Program-made: the position numbers and the translations under genes
Source: Dehalococcoidia bacterium
Lineage (GTDB): Bacteria; Chloroflexota; Dehalococcoidia; SM23-28-2; HRBIN24
NCBI GenBank assembly: GCA_025062275.1
Contig: JANXAP010000007.1
Coordinates: 35,294 to 99,293 of the forward strand
DNA length: 64,000 nt
Direction: 5' to 3'
Notes under the pieces: model-generated
What the model saw: the letters and a program-made list of their open reading frames with translations, nothing else
Database searches by the model: none
What the model was told of the DNA's origin: nothing
Shown: piece by piece, positions 55,306 through 64,000 of the stretch
Layout: each line of letters opens with the position of its first letter
Numbering within the stretch: the first letter of the stretch is position 1

Positions 55306-56396
55306 AGCGCATACGCCCCCAGGGCATGGGCCAGGAGATAGCCGGCCACTTCGGACCAGTCGTAGCGCTCGACCATCTCCCTCGTCCGACAGACGGGCTG
55401 GGCGCGCACCTCCGACAGAAGCAAGGGCAGCTGCTGCCAGTCCTCCAGGAAGTGGAGGCCGTTGCCGGCGGCGAACATGACGGGCAGTCCCCCGTAGGGA
55501 TAAGCGATGACGGGCAGGTTGCAGGCCATGGCTTCCAGGACCGACAGGGGCGCGTCGATAGCGCAACCCGGCTCCCGCACCGGGAACAGGTAACAGTCGC
55601 AGGCCTGGTAGACCTCCTCGATGCGCCGGCGATACCCCTCCAGGACGATGGCCCCCGCCTCGGCGGCCAGGGAAGCAGCCAGATAGGGATCGCGTCCCAT
55701 GCTGGCGGCGGCCACCACCACTGGCCTGGCTGTCGGCCAGGCATAGCGCAGCACCTCCAGATTGCGGCCCGGCTTCAGGTGTCCCACATGGAGGGCCAGG
55801 AACTCGGAGACAGGTAGCCCCAAACGCCGCCGCAGCGCTTCCTTCTCCTCCTGGGAGACGGGGACGAAGCGTCCGAGGTCGACGCCCGAGGGCAGGAAGC
55901 GGACGGTGCACCCGAGGGACTGCAGCAGGGCCATAGTCCACGGCGCCTGAGCGAACACCAGCCCCGTTTTCAGCACCCTGGCCAGCGCCCGCGCCGGCCC
56001 ACGCAACCGCCGCGGCTGCAGCGACACCATCGCCACCCGTGCAGCCGGGCACATGGCCTGCAAGGCCCTGGCCCGCCAGAAGCTGAACAGGGTGGCCGAG
56101 GCCGAGGGCACGTATACCACCAGGTCAGGCGAGAGCGCCCGCAAGCGGCTGGCCAGGCGCGGGCTGAGAAAGAGCCTGCCGGCCCGCAGGCTCTCGATGC
56201 CATCGCTGGATGACCCGCCCCCCACCGCCAGCCCCACGGCCTGCGCCCTCGTCTGCAGGGCGGCCAGCAGGGAGGCGACGAAATTGCGCACCCCCTCATC
56301 GCCAGGAAGGCCCAGGGCCTCCGATACCAGGCACACCAGAGGCCGGCGCTCGGCCCCTCTGCCGTCGCCTTTCACGACACGCCCCGCCACCGCCAT
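55302..56396 (-). CDS. Glycosyltransferase family 1
   Basis: GT1 C-terminal domain motifs ('…FPVREPGCAIDAPLSVLEAMACNLPVI…'). Start at the ATG at 56394-56396. Confidence 0.7.
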   Translation of the reverse strand: MAVAGRVVKGDGRGAERRPLVCLVSEALGLPGDEGVRNFVASLLAALQTRAQAVGLAVGGGSSSDGIESLRAGRLFLSPRLASRLRALSPDLVVYVPSASATLFSFWRARALQAMCPAARVAMVSLQPRRLRGPARALARVLKTGLVFAQAPWTMALLQSLGCTVRFLPSGVDLGRFVPVSQEEKEALRRRLGLPVSEFLALHVGHLKPGRNLEVLRYAWPTARPVVVAAASMGRDPYLAASLAAEAGAIVLEGYRRRIEEVYQACDCYLFPVREPGCAIDAPLSVLEAMACNLPVIAYPYGGLPVMFAAGNGLHFLEDWQQLPLLLSEVRAQPVCRTREMVERYDWSEVAGYLLAHALGAYAL

Positions 56397-57535
56397 AGCT
56401 CCCGATAGAGGGCATCGTAGGCCGAGACCATAGCCTCCACGGTGAAGCGGCGCCGCCACAGGGCCAGGCCCTCGGCCGCGCAGCGCCGTCGCAGGTCGTC
56501 GTCGCGCAGGAGGGCCAGCACCGCTCCTGCCAGAGCATGGGGGGAACGGGCCGGCACCAACAGCCCGGGCTGGCTGTCCCGGAAGAGCTCCGGGTTGCCG
56601 CCCACGTCGGTGGCCACGATGGGACGTCCCAGGGCCATAGCTTCCAGCAGGAAGTTGGAGCAACCCTCGTGGTCGCATGAGGAGAGGACAGCCACGTCCA
56701 TGGCAGCGATGTAGGGCGCCACCCGGAGCTGGTGCCCGACGAAGGCCATCCTCCCGCCCAGCCCCACCTCGCGGGCCATGGCCTCCAACTGGGGACGCAG
56801 GGGGCCATCGCCGACGGCCAGGAAGCGGGCTGTGGGCACCTCCCGGGCCACCAGGGCCGCTGCCTGTATGAAGGTGGGGTAGTCCTTGGCCGGCTGGAGG
56901 CTGGCCACCATGCCCACCACCGGCGTCCCGTCCTCGGCACCCACCTCCCGCCGCACCGCCTCCCGCTCCTCCTCCGTGCAGTAGACCCTCTCTGCTGAGA
57001 CGCCGTTGTAGACCACCCGCACCTTGTGGGCCGCCACCCCCCGCGACACGACGTAGCGACGGCCAGCCTCGCTGTTGGCCACCACCGCCTGCGCCCAGCG
57101 CGTGAGGCGGTCCTCCAGGAAACGGTAGATGTCGCTGCCCAGGCCAGGGCGGAGGCGCAGGCCACAGCGCTCCGTGACGATGCGGACGGGCGTCCCCGCC
57201 AGGAGCGCGCCCACGAGAGCGAAGAAGGTAGCGGGGGTCAGGAACGGCTGCACGATGTGGGCCTGCCGCTCCCGCAGCAACCGCGCCATGCGCCACACAG
57301 GCGAGGGGTCGAAGCGGTGGCGGCGGCGCAGGGAGACCAGCTCAACGCCAGGCTCCGCTGCCAGCTCCCCTTCCAGGGGCTGGCCGGGATACAGGGTGAC
57401 CACCGTGACCCGATAACGGGCCTTGTCCAGGCCGCGGGCCAGCTCGACCAGTTGCCTCTCGGCCCCGCCCAGCCGCAGGTCGTTGACGGCCAGGACGACC
57501 TTCAGCTTACCGTCCGGGGGCATCGGCGGCCGCAT
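56372..57535 (-). CDS. Glycosyltransferase family 1 (GT4-type)
   Basis: 'KLKVVLAVNDLRLGGAERQLVELA' GT4 N-terminus and 'EGCSNFLLEAMALGRPIVATDVGG' C-terminus. Confidence 0.8.
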   Translation of the reverse strand: MRPPMPPDGKLKVVLAVNDLRLGGAERQLVELARGLDKARYRVTVVTLYPGQPLEGELAAEPGVELVSLRRRHRFDPSPVWRMARLLRERQAHIVQPFLTPATFFALVGALLAGTPVRIVTERCGLRLRPGLGSDIYRFLEDRLTRWAQAVVANSEAGRRYVVSRGVAAHKVRVVYNGVSAERVYCTEEEREAVRREVGAEDGTPVVGMVASLQPAKDYPTFIQAAALVAREVPTARFLAVGDGPLRPQLEAMAREVGLGGRMAFVGHQLRVAPYIAAMDVAVLSSCDHEGCSNFLLEAMALGRPIVATDVGGNPELFRDSQPGLLVPARSPHALAGAVLALLRDDDLRRRCAAEGLALWRRRFTVEAMVSAYDALYRELWRWRGVS

Positions 57536-58949
57536 ACCTCTCCTCCCGTCCCACCAGTCCTCCCACTGCAGCAGCAGCCCCCACCAGCATCCAGAGGGTG
57601 ATGGCGCTGTCGAAGTAGTTATGAAAGGCCGAGTTGACGGCGTAGGCCATGAGGGCAGCCAGCAGCCCCAGGGCCACCCCCTGTAACAAGTGGTCCCTGG
57701 CCAGGCGATAGGCCCGCAGCAGGCGAAGCCCCGCCGTCACCAGGAGGGCCAGGTAGAGGCCCAGAGCAGGCAGGCCATAAGTCACCCAGACGTTCAGGTA
57801 GTCGTTGTGCGGAGTATACACGCCCAGGACGGAGCGCTTGCCCATCTGCCTCTCCTGCCGCAACAGCTCCGGGTCCACCGCTGTCTGGTAGTCAGGCGCC
57901 AGTTGCACGAAGCGCCCGGGCCCGATGCCCAGGTAAGGATGGTCCAGCGCCATCCAGGTCGCAGCCTGCCAGAGTATGGGGCGGGACAGGGTGCTATCGT
58001 CCTCGGTCACCGTGTAGCGATTGGCCCGCAGGTCCGAGACATAGACCACCGCCGCCGCCACCAGCAGCAGCCCCAGCCAGACGTCGCGGCGATAAGGGCC
58101 ACGATAGGCCAGGAATGCCAGAGCGCCCACCCCTGCCGCCAGAGGCCAGGAACGGGTGTAGGAGAAGTAGAGGGCAGCCAGCAACGTCAGGGCCGACAGC
58201 GCCAAGGCCCAGCGCTGTCGCAGCGAGAACGGCACCGATACGAAGACGCCCGACAGCACCAGCAGCCCCAGCATCATGTCATCGGCCAGGTGCAAGGGAT
58301 TCTCGGCCAGGCCGATAGCTCGCCCGGCCAGGTCCTGAAAGGATATTCCCCCCACCCGATAGGGGATCGTCACCACAAGGGGGGTGCCTACCATCGGGTT
58401 GTAGTGCTGGGAGATGGCTGCCAGCGCTGAAAGAAGGCAGGTGACCAGGCCCACCCACAGCAACAGCCGCAGGTCGTCCCGCGTCTGCAGGCCCACCGCC
58501 AGGGTAACGACAGCCGCCAGGCCCGTGGCCAGAAATCGCATGGCCTTGAAGGCCTGCGCCAGATCGGTGTTCAGATAGGCCGTAGCCCCGCAGACGCCCA
58601 CGAAGGCCAGAGAGAGCAACAGGAGGAGGCCTCCCTGGAGGCGGGCACCCCGCAGCAGATGGTAGAGGGCGAGGAGCAGGGCCGACGCCGTGACCACCAG
58701 CCTCAGCGAGACCTGCCCGCCCGCCACCGGCAGCATGTAATTGCCGATGGTCAGCTCCAGCACCAGCACAGCGGCCGCCGCCCAGACCGGACGCCCCAGC
58801 CCCAAGGCCAGCAAGACGGCCATGGTGCCTACCAGCAGCCACTGCAGGGTCGTTGGCGTGGTGCCCACCAGCACCAGCGCCGCCAGAGGCAGGAAGGGGA
58901 ACCAGGGCAGCGAGATGCCGCGGCGCTCCGCCGACTCTAGAGTAGCCAT
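57507..58949 (-). CDS. O-antigen ligase/polymerase-like membrane protein (Wzy_C family)
   Basis: About 12 TM helices with a large periplasmic loop. Start at the ATG at 58947-58949, a 1-nt overlap with the upstream stop. Confidence 0.65.
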   Translation of the reverse strand: MATLESAERRGISLPWFPFLPLAALVLVGTTPTTLQWLLVGTMAVLLALGLGRPVWAAAAVLVLELTIGNYMLPVAGGQVSLRLVVTASALLLALYHLLRGARLQGGLLLLLSLAFVGVCGATAYLNTDLAQAFKAMRFLATGLAAVVTLAVGLQTRDDLRLLLWVGLVTCLLSALAAISQHYNPMVGTPLVVTIPYRVGGISFQDLAGRAIGLAENPLHLADDMMLGLLVLSGVFVSVPFSLRQRWALALSALTLLAALYFSYTRSWPLAAGVGALAFLAYRGPYRRDVWLGLLLVAAAVVYVSDLRANRYTVTEDDSTLSRPILWQAATWMALDHPYLGIGPGRFVQLAPDYQTAVDPELLRQERQMGKRSVLGVYTPHNDYLNVWVTYGLPALGLYLALLVTAGLRLLRAYRLARDHLLQGVALGLLAALMAYAVNSAFHNYFDSAITLWMLVGAAAAVGGLVGREERYAAADAPGR

Positions 58950-59467
58950 CACTCCTCCTGTGACGCGCAACTGGAGGGATAGGGAATGGTGTCCATCAGC
59001 ACCCGCCGCAGCTTGCGACGGTCGCCCGTCACCTCGGGCGGATAGTAGCGGCAGCGAGGGACCGAGCGGCGCACGAACTCCTGGTAGGTGCAGATGGGGC
59101 GGGCAGGCACCCCCGCCACCACCGTGTCGGGGGGCACCGAGCGGGTCACCACCGCCCCGGCCGCCACCACCGAGTTGGGGCCGATGCGGACATCGGGCAG
59201 GATAATGGCCCCTGTGCCGATGAAGCAGTTGTCCTCGATGACGATGCGCCCGAAGCGCTGCAGCCCTCGGTATTCGGGCCGGTGGCGGAACACCCACGTT
59301 GCGCCGTCATGGGTGACGAAAGTGACCCGACTGGAGATGGTGACATGATTGCCTATCTCGATGAGGTAAGGCTCGGTGCCGAAGTCAGGCTTGCCCATGA
59401 TGCGCACGTCGCGTCCCAGCTTCAGCCCCTGCCGCAGGTAGTAGCGCAGGAGCAGCCGGTTGCGCAT
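58949..59467 (-). CDS. Hexapeptide-repeat (LbH) sugar O-acetyltransferase
   Basis: Repeated [LIV]-G-x-x-x-x hexapeptides ('[14 protein letters not shown]…[31 protein letters not shown]'). Confidence 0.75.
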   Translation of the reverse strand: MRNRLLLRYYLRQGLKLGRDVRIMGKPDFGTEPYLIEIGNHVTISSRVTFVTHDGATWVFRHRPEYRGLQRFGRIVIEDNCFIGTGAIILPDVRIGPNSVVAAGAVVTRSVPPDTVVAGVPARPICTYQEFVRRSVPRCRYYPPEVTGDRRKLRRVLMDTIPYPSSCASQEE

Positions 59468-59490
59468 GTCCGAAAGCCAGCGCAAGGGCG

Positions 59491-60285
59491 TCACGGCTCC
59501 CCACCTGCCCCCTTGGTCCACAGGTTGGCGTGCACTCGGACCAGGCCCAAACGCCTCATGAGGGAGTCCCACAGGGCCGAGTTGTCGAACATGTAAGGGT
59601 GAGTGGGGCTGGGACGAAAATCGTTGTTGCAGTAGAGACGCCCGCCCGGCCGCAGAGAGGAGGCCATCTCGGGCAGGACATCGGCCAGCTCCTGGGGGGT
59701 CAGACTGCCGAAGACGTTGAAGGCCACCACGCAGTCCAGCTCCGCTCCTGCTGGCCAACGTTCGACGAAACGGACTTCCAGGCCCCGGCGCTGGGCGCGC
59801 CAGCGGGCGAACCGCCACACTGGGGAGCCAGGCACGTCCATGTACCAGGTCTCATTGCCTCTCTCCGCCAGGTAGAGGGCCTCGCTGCCGGTCCCTCCCC
59901 CGAAGGTGAGGCAGCGGCCGCCGGTCTCTTCGGCCAGCAGATGCAGCAACGAGCGGTACTCGTCCCCCAGATGCCAGAAGACCAGATCGTACAGGTACTC
60001 GGAGCAATGGGCGTAAAAGGCCCGCACCTCCTCCTGCGACGAGGGTGCTAGGGCACGCCAGCGGGCGGCCACCAGGGACGTCCCCAGCGAGCAGAGGACC
60101 GCCACCTGAGAAAGGGGAAGCTGCAGGTAGTCAGCCAGCTCCTCCAGCTCCGAAGGGCGGCCTGTCGCCCGTCGCTCCTCGGCTGCGCGGCGCAGGGCCC
60201 AGGCCGCATGGCGAAGCGTGGTCGCCCACGGCTGCCACGCGGCCGCCAGGGCCTTAGCCTTCGTCCTGACCGTCAGCATCGCCAT
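59491..60285 (-). CDS. Class I SAM-dependent methyltransferase
   Basis: '[18 protein letters not shown]' motif I and a Rossmann-like fold. Confidence 0.6.
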   Translation of the reverse strand: MAMLTVRTKAKALAAAWQPWATTLRHAAWALRRAAEERRATGRPSELEELADYLQLPLSQVAVLCSLGTSLVAARWRALAPSSQEEVRAFYAHCSEYLYDLVFWHLGDEYRSLLHLLAEETGGRCLTFGGGTGSEALYLAERGNETWYMDVPGSPVWRFARWRAQRRGLEVRFVERWPAGAELDCVVAFNVFGSLTPQELADVLPEMASSLRPGGRLYCNNDFRPSPTHPYMFDNSALWDSLMRRLGLVRVHANLWTKGAGGEP

Positions 60286-60307
60286 CTCTTCCGACTCCTG
60301 TCCCTTA

Positions 60308-61285
60308 TCAGCGGATGTGGGAGACTGGCTGGGGCGGTTTGCCCCATCCCAGGGAGGCCTTCAGACGCCGCGCCGTCGTCAACGCAGGCGGGGGAAGCAA
60401 CGAGCGGAGGCCCACTCCCAGGCAGCCCCAGGTCTCGGCCTCCAGCACAATGCCGGGCCGCCGCACCACCGCCCGCGCCAGGTAGCGCAGGAAGCGGCGG
60501 CGCCTCCCCAGACGCGCAGCCAGGGCAGCCAGCGTCCGCTCCAGACAGGCACGGGCCAGAGGCTCCAGCGCGCGCCGCTGCGGGCCCAGCCGAGCGAAGA
60601 CGTCGGCCAGGGTGAACAGGTGCGACCTCTCCACCTCTTCCAGCAGGTAGCCAGCGGTGACGCTCCCGCCGTGACGGCGGTAGCAGGCCAGGGGCCGCTC
60701 CAGGTAGTAGAGGTCGTGGCTGGAGGCGATGAGCAGCCACATATGCCAGTCCTCCCCCGGGTAGGCCTCGTCGCGGAAAGGACCCAGCTCATCCAGCACC
60801 CGTCGGGGCACCATTACGGTGGAGGTGGGGATGCGACACCCCCTCAAGAGCCAGCGCAGAGCGCGGGCCGAGGGCAACAACCCCTCCCGAAGCCGAGGCC
60901 GCCGCCAGCCCACACACCTCCCCTCGGGGTCGATGACCAGGGCAGGCCCGAAGACCAGCCCCACCGACGGCATCTCCTCCAGCAAACGGGCACGCACTGC
61001 CAGAGAGCCAGGCAGGAGCAGGTCGTCCGCGTCCATCATGGCCACCAGCTCTCCCGTGCTCGCCTCTACCCCGGTGTTGATGGCGGCCGATAGGCCAGCG
61101 TGGCGTTGACGGACGAAGCGGACGCGGTCCCGGTGAGGGGACACAGCCGCCTCCACGTCATCGGTGGAGCCGTCGTCCACCACCACCACCTCCAGGGGCA
61201 CCCCCTGCTGGGCCAGCACGCTGTCCAGGCAGGCAGGCAGATAGCGGGCCATGTTGTAAACGGGAACCACCACCGACACCAGCAT
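60308..61285 (-). CDS. Glycosyltransferase family 2
   Basis: 'VSVVVPVYNMARYL…VVVVDDGSTDD…MMDADD' GT2 motifs. Start at the ATG at 61283-61285. Confidence 0.8.
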   Translation of the reverse strand: MLVSVVVPVYNMARYLPACLDSVLAQQGVPLEVVVVDDGSTDDVEAAVSPHRDRVRFVRQRHAGLSAAINTGVEASTGELVAMMDADDLLLPGSLAVRARLLEEMPSVGLVFGPALVIDPEGRCVGWRRPRLREGLLPSARALRWLLRGCRIPTSTVMVPRRVLDELGPFRDEAYPGEDWHMWLLIASSHDLYYLERPLACYRRHGGSVTAGYLLEEVERSHLFTLADVFARLGPQRRALEPLARACLERTLAALAARLGRRRRFLRYLARAVVRRPGIVLEAETWGCLGVGLRSLLPPPALTTARRLKASLGWGKPPQPVSHIR

Positions 61286-61290
61286 CGGGA

Positions 61291-62655
61291 TCACCTCGTG
61301 TCGCTCCCCAGGGTGCCGATGCCGGCCCACCCGCGGGCGCGATCCAGGACCGAAAGCCCGCCCTGCACCAGCACCCGCAGGTCGTCGGGCCGCGGCGCCA
61401 CGGCCTGCCACCAGGCCATCTCGCTGTAGCGGGCGAAGGTGCCCAGGACCACCGCAGCATTGAGGAAGTAGGCCACCAGCGAGGCGATGGCCGCCCCCTC
61501 GATGCCTATCCGAGGGACCAGGACTACGTTGAGGGTCAGCATGGCCGGCAGGGACGCTGCCCCGGCGTAAATGCCCACTTCGGGCCGCCCGAGGCCCCAC
61601 AGGGAGCTGCTCAGCACCTTGCTGACGCTGTACAGCAGCCCCGAGGGCAGCAGGACATAGAAGGATGTGACGCTCTGGCGGAACTCCTCGCCGTAGAGGA
61701 GAGGAATCAGATGGTGCCCCGAGACCCCCAGCACGGCGATGCTCAGGGCAGCCACCAGCAGCGTCCGACGGCAGGCGGCCGCCCCCAGCCGGATGCCGGC
61801 GTCGGCCGAGAGGGCCGAGGCCTTGGGGAAGAGGATGCTCCCTACTGCCAGGGGTATCCACCAGCTCAGCTCGGCCGAATTGAAGGCCACGGTATACTGG
61901 CCAACGGCGGCCGCCCCCAGCACGCCGCCAACGATGAAGACGTCGACCCGGTGGTTCAGGGCCGCCAGCACCCAGCCCGCGAACCCCTTCCCACCGAAGA
62001 CGAGCTGGCTGCGCATCGACTGCCGATCGAAAGCGGGGCGAAGGGGGAGCCGGAGCAGGGCCAGGGCCAGGATGGCGGCGGCCACCGTGGCCCCCAGCCA
62101 CACCCCCAGCACCAGCGTCACCGTCATGCCCAGCAAGGCCGCCACCCCTATTCCCGCCAGCCTCACCAGCGGCCCCGAAACCTGCGCCAGGACATAGCGG
62201 CCCGCCCAACCTTGCCCCAGCAGAAGGGTCTGGGCGCCCTGGTAGAGCAGCACCGCCGCTCCTCCGCTCAGGGCCAGCGCCAGCTGCCACGGCTCCATGC
62301 CCAGCACAGGCAGCCCGACCATCGACGCCGCCAGTGCCACCGCGGCCAGCAGGGCCATCACCGCCAGGCACCAGCTCAGGTAGTTGCCCCAAAGCTGGGC
62401 CAGCCGATAATAGCCACGCCCTGCCAGGTAGATGGCGGCCTCGGCCAGGCCCGGCACCAGGAAGGCGACGGCCCACAGGGCCGACTGGCTCACCAGGCTG
62501 TAGACGCCACGGCCCTCGGGCCCGAGGCCACGGGCGATGAGCACACCCGCCACTCCCACCGCCAGGTACTCCAGCACCCTCCCCAGGAGCAGCAGGAAAG
62601 AGCCCGAGGCCAGGGAAAGGGACTCGCTGCCCGTGGTGCCCTTTTCCTCAGGCAT
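61291..62655 (-). CDS. wzx: Polysaccharide flippase (Wzx-like, MOP superfamily)
   Basis: About 14 TM helices with Wzx-like topology. Start at the ATG at 62653-62655. Confidence 0.7.
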   Translation of the reverse strand: MPEEKGTTGSESLSLASGSFLLLLGRVLEYLAVGVAGVLIARGLGPEGRGVYSLVSQSALWAVAFLVPGLAEAAIYLAGRGYYRLAQLWGNYLSWCLAVMALLAAVALAASMVGLPVLGMEPWQLALALSGGAAVLLYQGAQTLLLGQGWAGRYVLAQVSGPLVRLAGIGVAALLGMTVTLVLGVWLGATVAAAILALALLRLPLRPAFDRQSMRSQLVFGGKGFAGWVLAALNHRVDVFIVGGVLGAAAVGQYTVAFNSAELSWWIPLAVGSILFPKASALSADAGIRLGAAACRRTLLVAALSIAVLGVSGHHLIPLLYGEEFRQSVTSFYVLLPSGLLYSVSKVLSSSLWGLGRPEVGIYAGAASLPAMLTLNVVLVPRIGIEGAAIASLVAYFLNAAVVLGTFARYSEMAWWQAVAPRPDDLRVLVQGGLSVLDRARGWAGIGTLGSDTR

Positions 62656-63607
62656 GGCCGCACCGCAACCGCCACTCCACGTATCGGCGCACACCCTCCT
62701 CGAGGCCCACCCGCGGCACGTAGCCCAGCAGGGCGCGCGCCTTGCCGATGTCCGCCCAGGTGAGAGGCGGATCGCCCTCCGGCAGGGGCAACCGCAGGAC
62801 CTTCGTCCGGCGTCCCATCTGCTCCTCCAGCAGCGACAGCAGCTCGCCCACGGCCCTGGGGCTGCCCCCGCCCACATTGATGGCCTGGAAGCCGGACAGA
62901 GGGGCTGTCAGGGCCAGCACCAGCGCCTCCACGGCGTCGTCCACGAAGGTGAAGTCGCGCCGGACCAGGCCATCGCCGTGCAGGTATACGGGGAGACCCC
63001 TCATCAGGGCGGAGGCGAACCGCTCCAGGGCCATGTCGGGGCGCTGCCGTGGCCCGTAGACGGTGAACAGGCGCAGCGCCACCACCGACAGGCCACCGGT
63101 GGCGCAGGCCGCCGCCACCGCCTCCGCCGCCAGCTTCGATGCCCCATAAGGGGAGAGGGGACGACAGGCCATCTCCTCGTTGGCCATCCCCTCTACCATC
63201 CCGTAGACAGAGGAAGAGGACCCGAGGACCAGTCGTCGCACCCCCATCTCCCGGCAGAGGGAGGCCACGTTCATGGTTCCCAGCACGTTGCTGCGCAGGT
63301 AGGCCAGCGGGCGGCTGAACGACTGGCGCACGCCGGGCCGGGCGGCCAGGTGGACTACCGCTTCCACCGGCTCGTCCCTCAGTGCCGCCCTCAACTGCTC
63401 CTTCCTCCTGACATCGGCCAGCGCCAGACGGAATCGAGGGTGACCCAGAAGGGGGGCCAGGTTCCGCTCCTTCAGGTGGCGAGGATAGAAGGGGTCGAAA
63501 TTGTCGATGCACACCACCCGCCACCCGTCGGAGACCAGTCGCTCCACCAGGAACGAGCCGATAAAGCCGGCCCCGCCCGTGACCGCCACTGTGCGTCCCT
63601 GCCCCAT
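62648..63607 (-). CDS. NAD-dependent nucleotide-sugar epimerase/dehydratase
   Basis: 'VTGGAGFIGS' motif and 'YGASK' catalytic motif. Start at the ATG at 63605-63607. Confidence 0.85.
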   Translation of the reverse strand: MGQGRTVAVTGGAGFIGSFLVERLVSDGWRVVCIDNFDPFYPRHLKERNLAPLLGHPRFRLALADVRRKEQLRAALRDEPVEAVVHLAARPGVRQSFSRPLAYLRSNVLGTMNVASLCREMGVRRLVLGSSSSVYGMVEGMANEEMACRPLSPYGASKLAAEAVAAACATGGLSVVALRLFTVYGPRQRPDMALERFASALMRGLPVYLHGDGLVRRDFTFVDDAVEALVLALTAPLSGFQAINVGGGSPRAVGELLSLLEEQMGRRTKVLRLPLPEGDPPLTWADIGKARALLGYVPRVGLEEGVRRYVEWRLRCGHA

Positions 63608-63611
63608 CGCC

Positions 63612-64000
63612 TCAGTCCTCGTGGCCGTTGCGACGTCGCATGCGCCCCAGCAGGTGGTCGGCCAGACTGGCCGAGAGCCAGCCCGCCACCAGGCCGGCGC
63701 CGGCACCCAGGACCAGGGCATCCCTGGTCCTCACGGCATGAAGGGGTTGCTCCTGGACCGTCTGGACCGGCTGCAGGACGAAGAAGGGGCCGTTGGAGGA
63801 GCTGAGGGCCACCTCCACCGCCTCCCTGGCCGAAGCCAGGTCGGTCAGCGCCCGTTGCAGGGCCGATGCCTCGGCATCCAGCATCACCAGCTCCGGGTCT
63901 CCGCTGAGGCGGGCCAGCTCCGCCACCAGCCTCCGCCCCGTATCGGGGCCGATGGGGCTGCTGGCCACCACGGCCAGCGCCGATTGCAGGGCAGGGGCGT
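63612..64000 (-). CDS. Wzz/chain-length-determinant-like protein, C-terminal fragment (gene continues beyond the window)
   Basis: Coiled-coil-like region followed by a C-terminal TM helix ('ALVLGAGAGLVAGWLSASLA') and a basic tail. Confidence 0.4.
   Translation of the reverse strand, partial: APALQSALAVVASSPIGPDTGRRLVAELARLSGDPELVMLDAEASALQRALTDLASAREAVEVALSSSNGPFFVLQPVQTVQEQPLHAVRTRDALVLGAGAGLVAGWLSASLADHLLGRMRRRNGHED

Noticed and set aside
53533-56052. ORF-track N-terminal extensions (about 200-250 aa) of several glycan-locus genes (53533..56052, 52562..54139, 57507..59297 and others)
   Set aside because: The extensions are Gly/Pro/Arg low-complexity and overlap upstream genes by hundreds of nt. 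Internal ATGs forming ATGA/TGATG overlaps with upstream stops give domain-complete proteins.
1-64000. CRISPR arrays, transposases/IS elements, integrases and toxin-antitoxin pairs
   Set aside because: No direct-repeat/spacer periodicity, no DDE or tyrosine-recombinase motifs, and no small paired ORFs with TA signatures were seen anywhere in the window.

Overview
The window is high-GC (~70%) bacterial chromosomal DNA, densely coding on both strands, with no CRISPR array, transposase or integrase visible. Six-frame translation produces many long spurious ORFs because of the GC content, so genes were called from recognisable protein motifs and starts re-anchored on ATG/GTG codons with SD-like sequences. 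Content in order: a partial nicotinate phosphoribosyltransferase; a membrane transporter-like protein; a four-gene nurA-herA-sbcD-sbcC end-resection operon; two unannotated tandem desulforedoxin-like mini-genes; a respiratory cluster (small TM subunit, split cytochrome b, Rieske protein, a cytochrome c-cupredoxin fusion, a lipoprotein cupredoxin); a tRNA-Asp with a degenerate partial copy 2.3 kb away, together flanking an alcohol dehydrogenase/thioesterase/CMD cassette; the rny-ymdB-PHP phosphoesterase operon; a rubrerythrin-VIT1 fusion; recA; yggT-proC-yggS; pyrD; a SufR-like regulator overlapping apbC; a large repeat-rich secreted surface protein; a gltD-like oxidoreductase; a secreted beta-propeller; a GGDEF-EAL protein; an FAD-linked oxidase; a heterodimeric ABC exporter; a ferredoxin-NADP reductase-like protein; a sulfate assimilation operon (sir, APS/PAPS reductase, hypothetical, cysC, sat); an SDR; and a ~13.5 kb translationally coupled polysaccharide/O-antigen-type locus (FemAB-like, GT1 x4, nucleotidyltransferase-thymidylate-kinase-like fusion, Wzy-like, acetyltransferase, methyltransferase, GT2, Wzx, epimerase, partial Wzz-like). 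The presence of RNase Y/YmdB and a split cytochrome b points to a non-proteobacterial lineage (Chloroflexi/Thermomicrobia- or Deinococcus-Thermus-like), which is an inference only. The main second-look items are the archaeal-style nurA-herA-mre11-rad50 operon with a HerA-like P-loop that does not fit GxxxxGK[ST], the Dx-like mini-genes missed by the ORF track, a recurring 12-14 nt extended -10-like motif at three promoters, the tRNA-Asp duplication footprint, and the unusual fusion protein in the glycan cluster.
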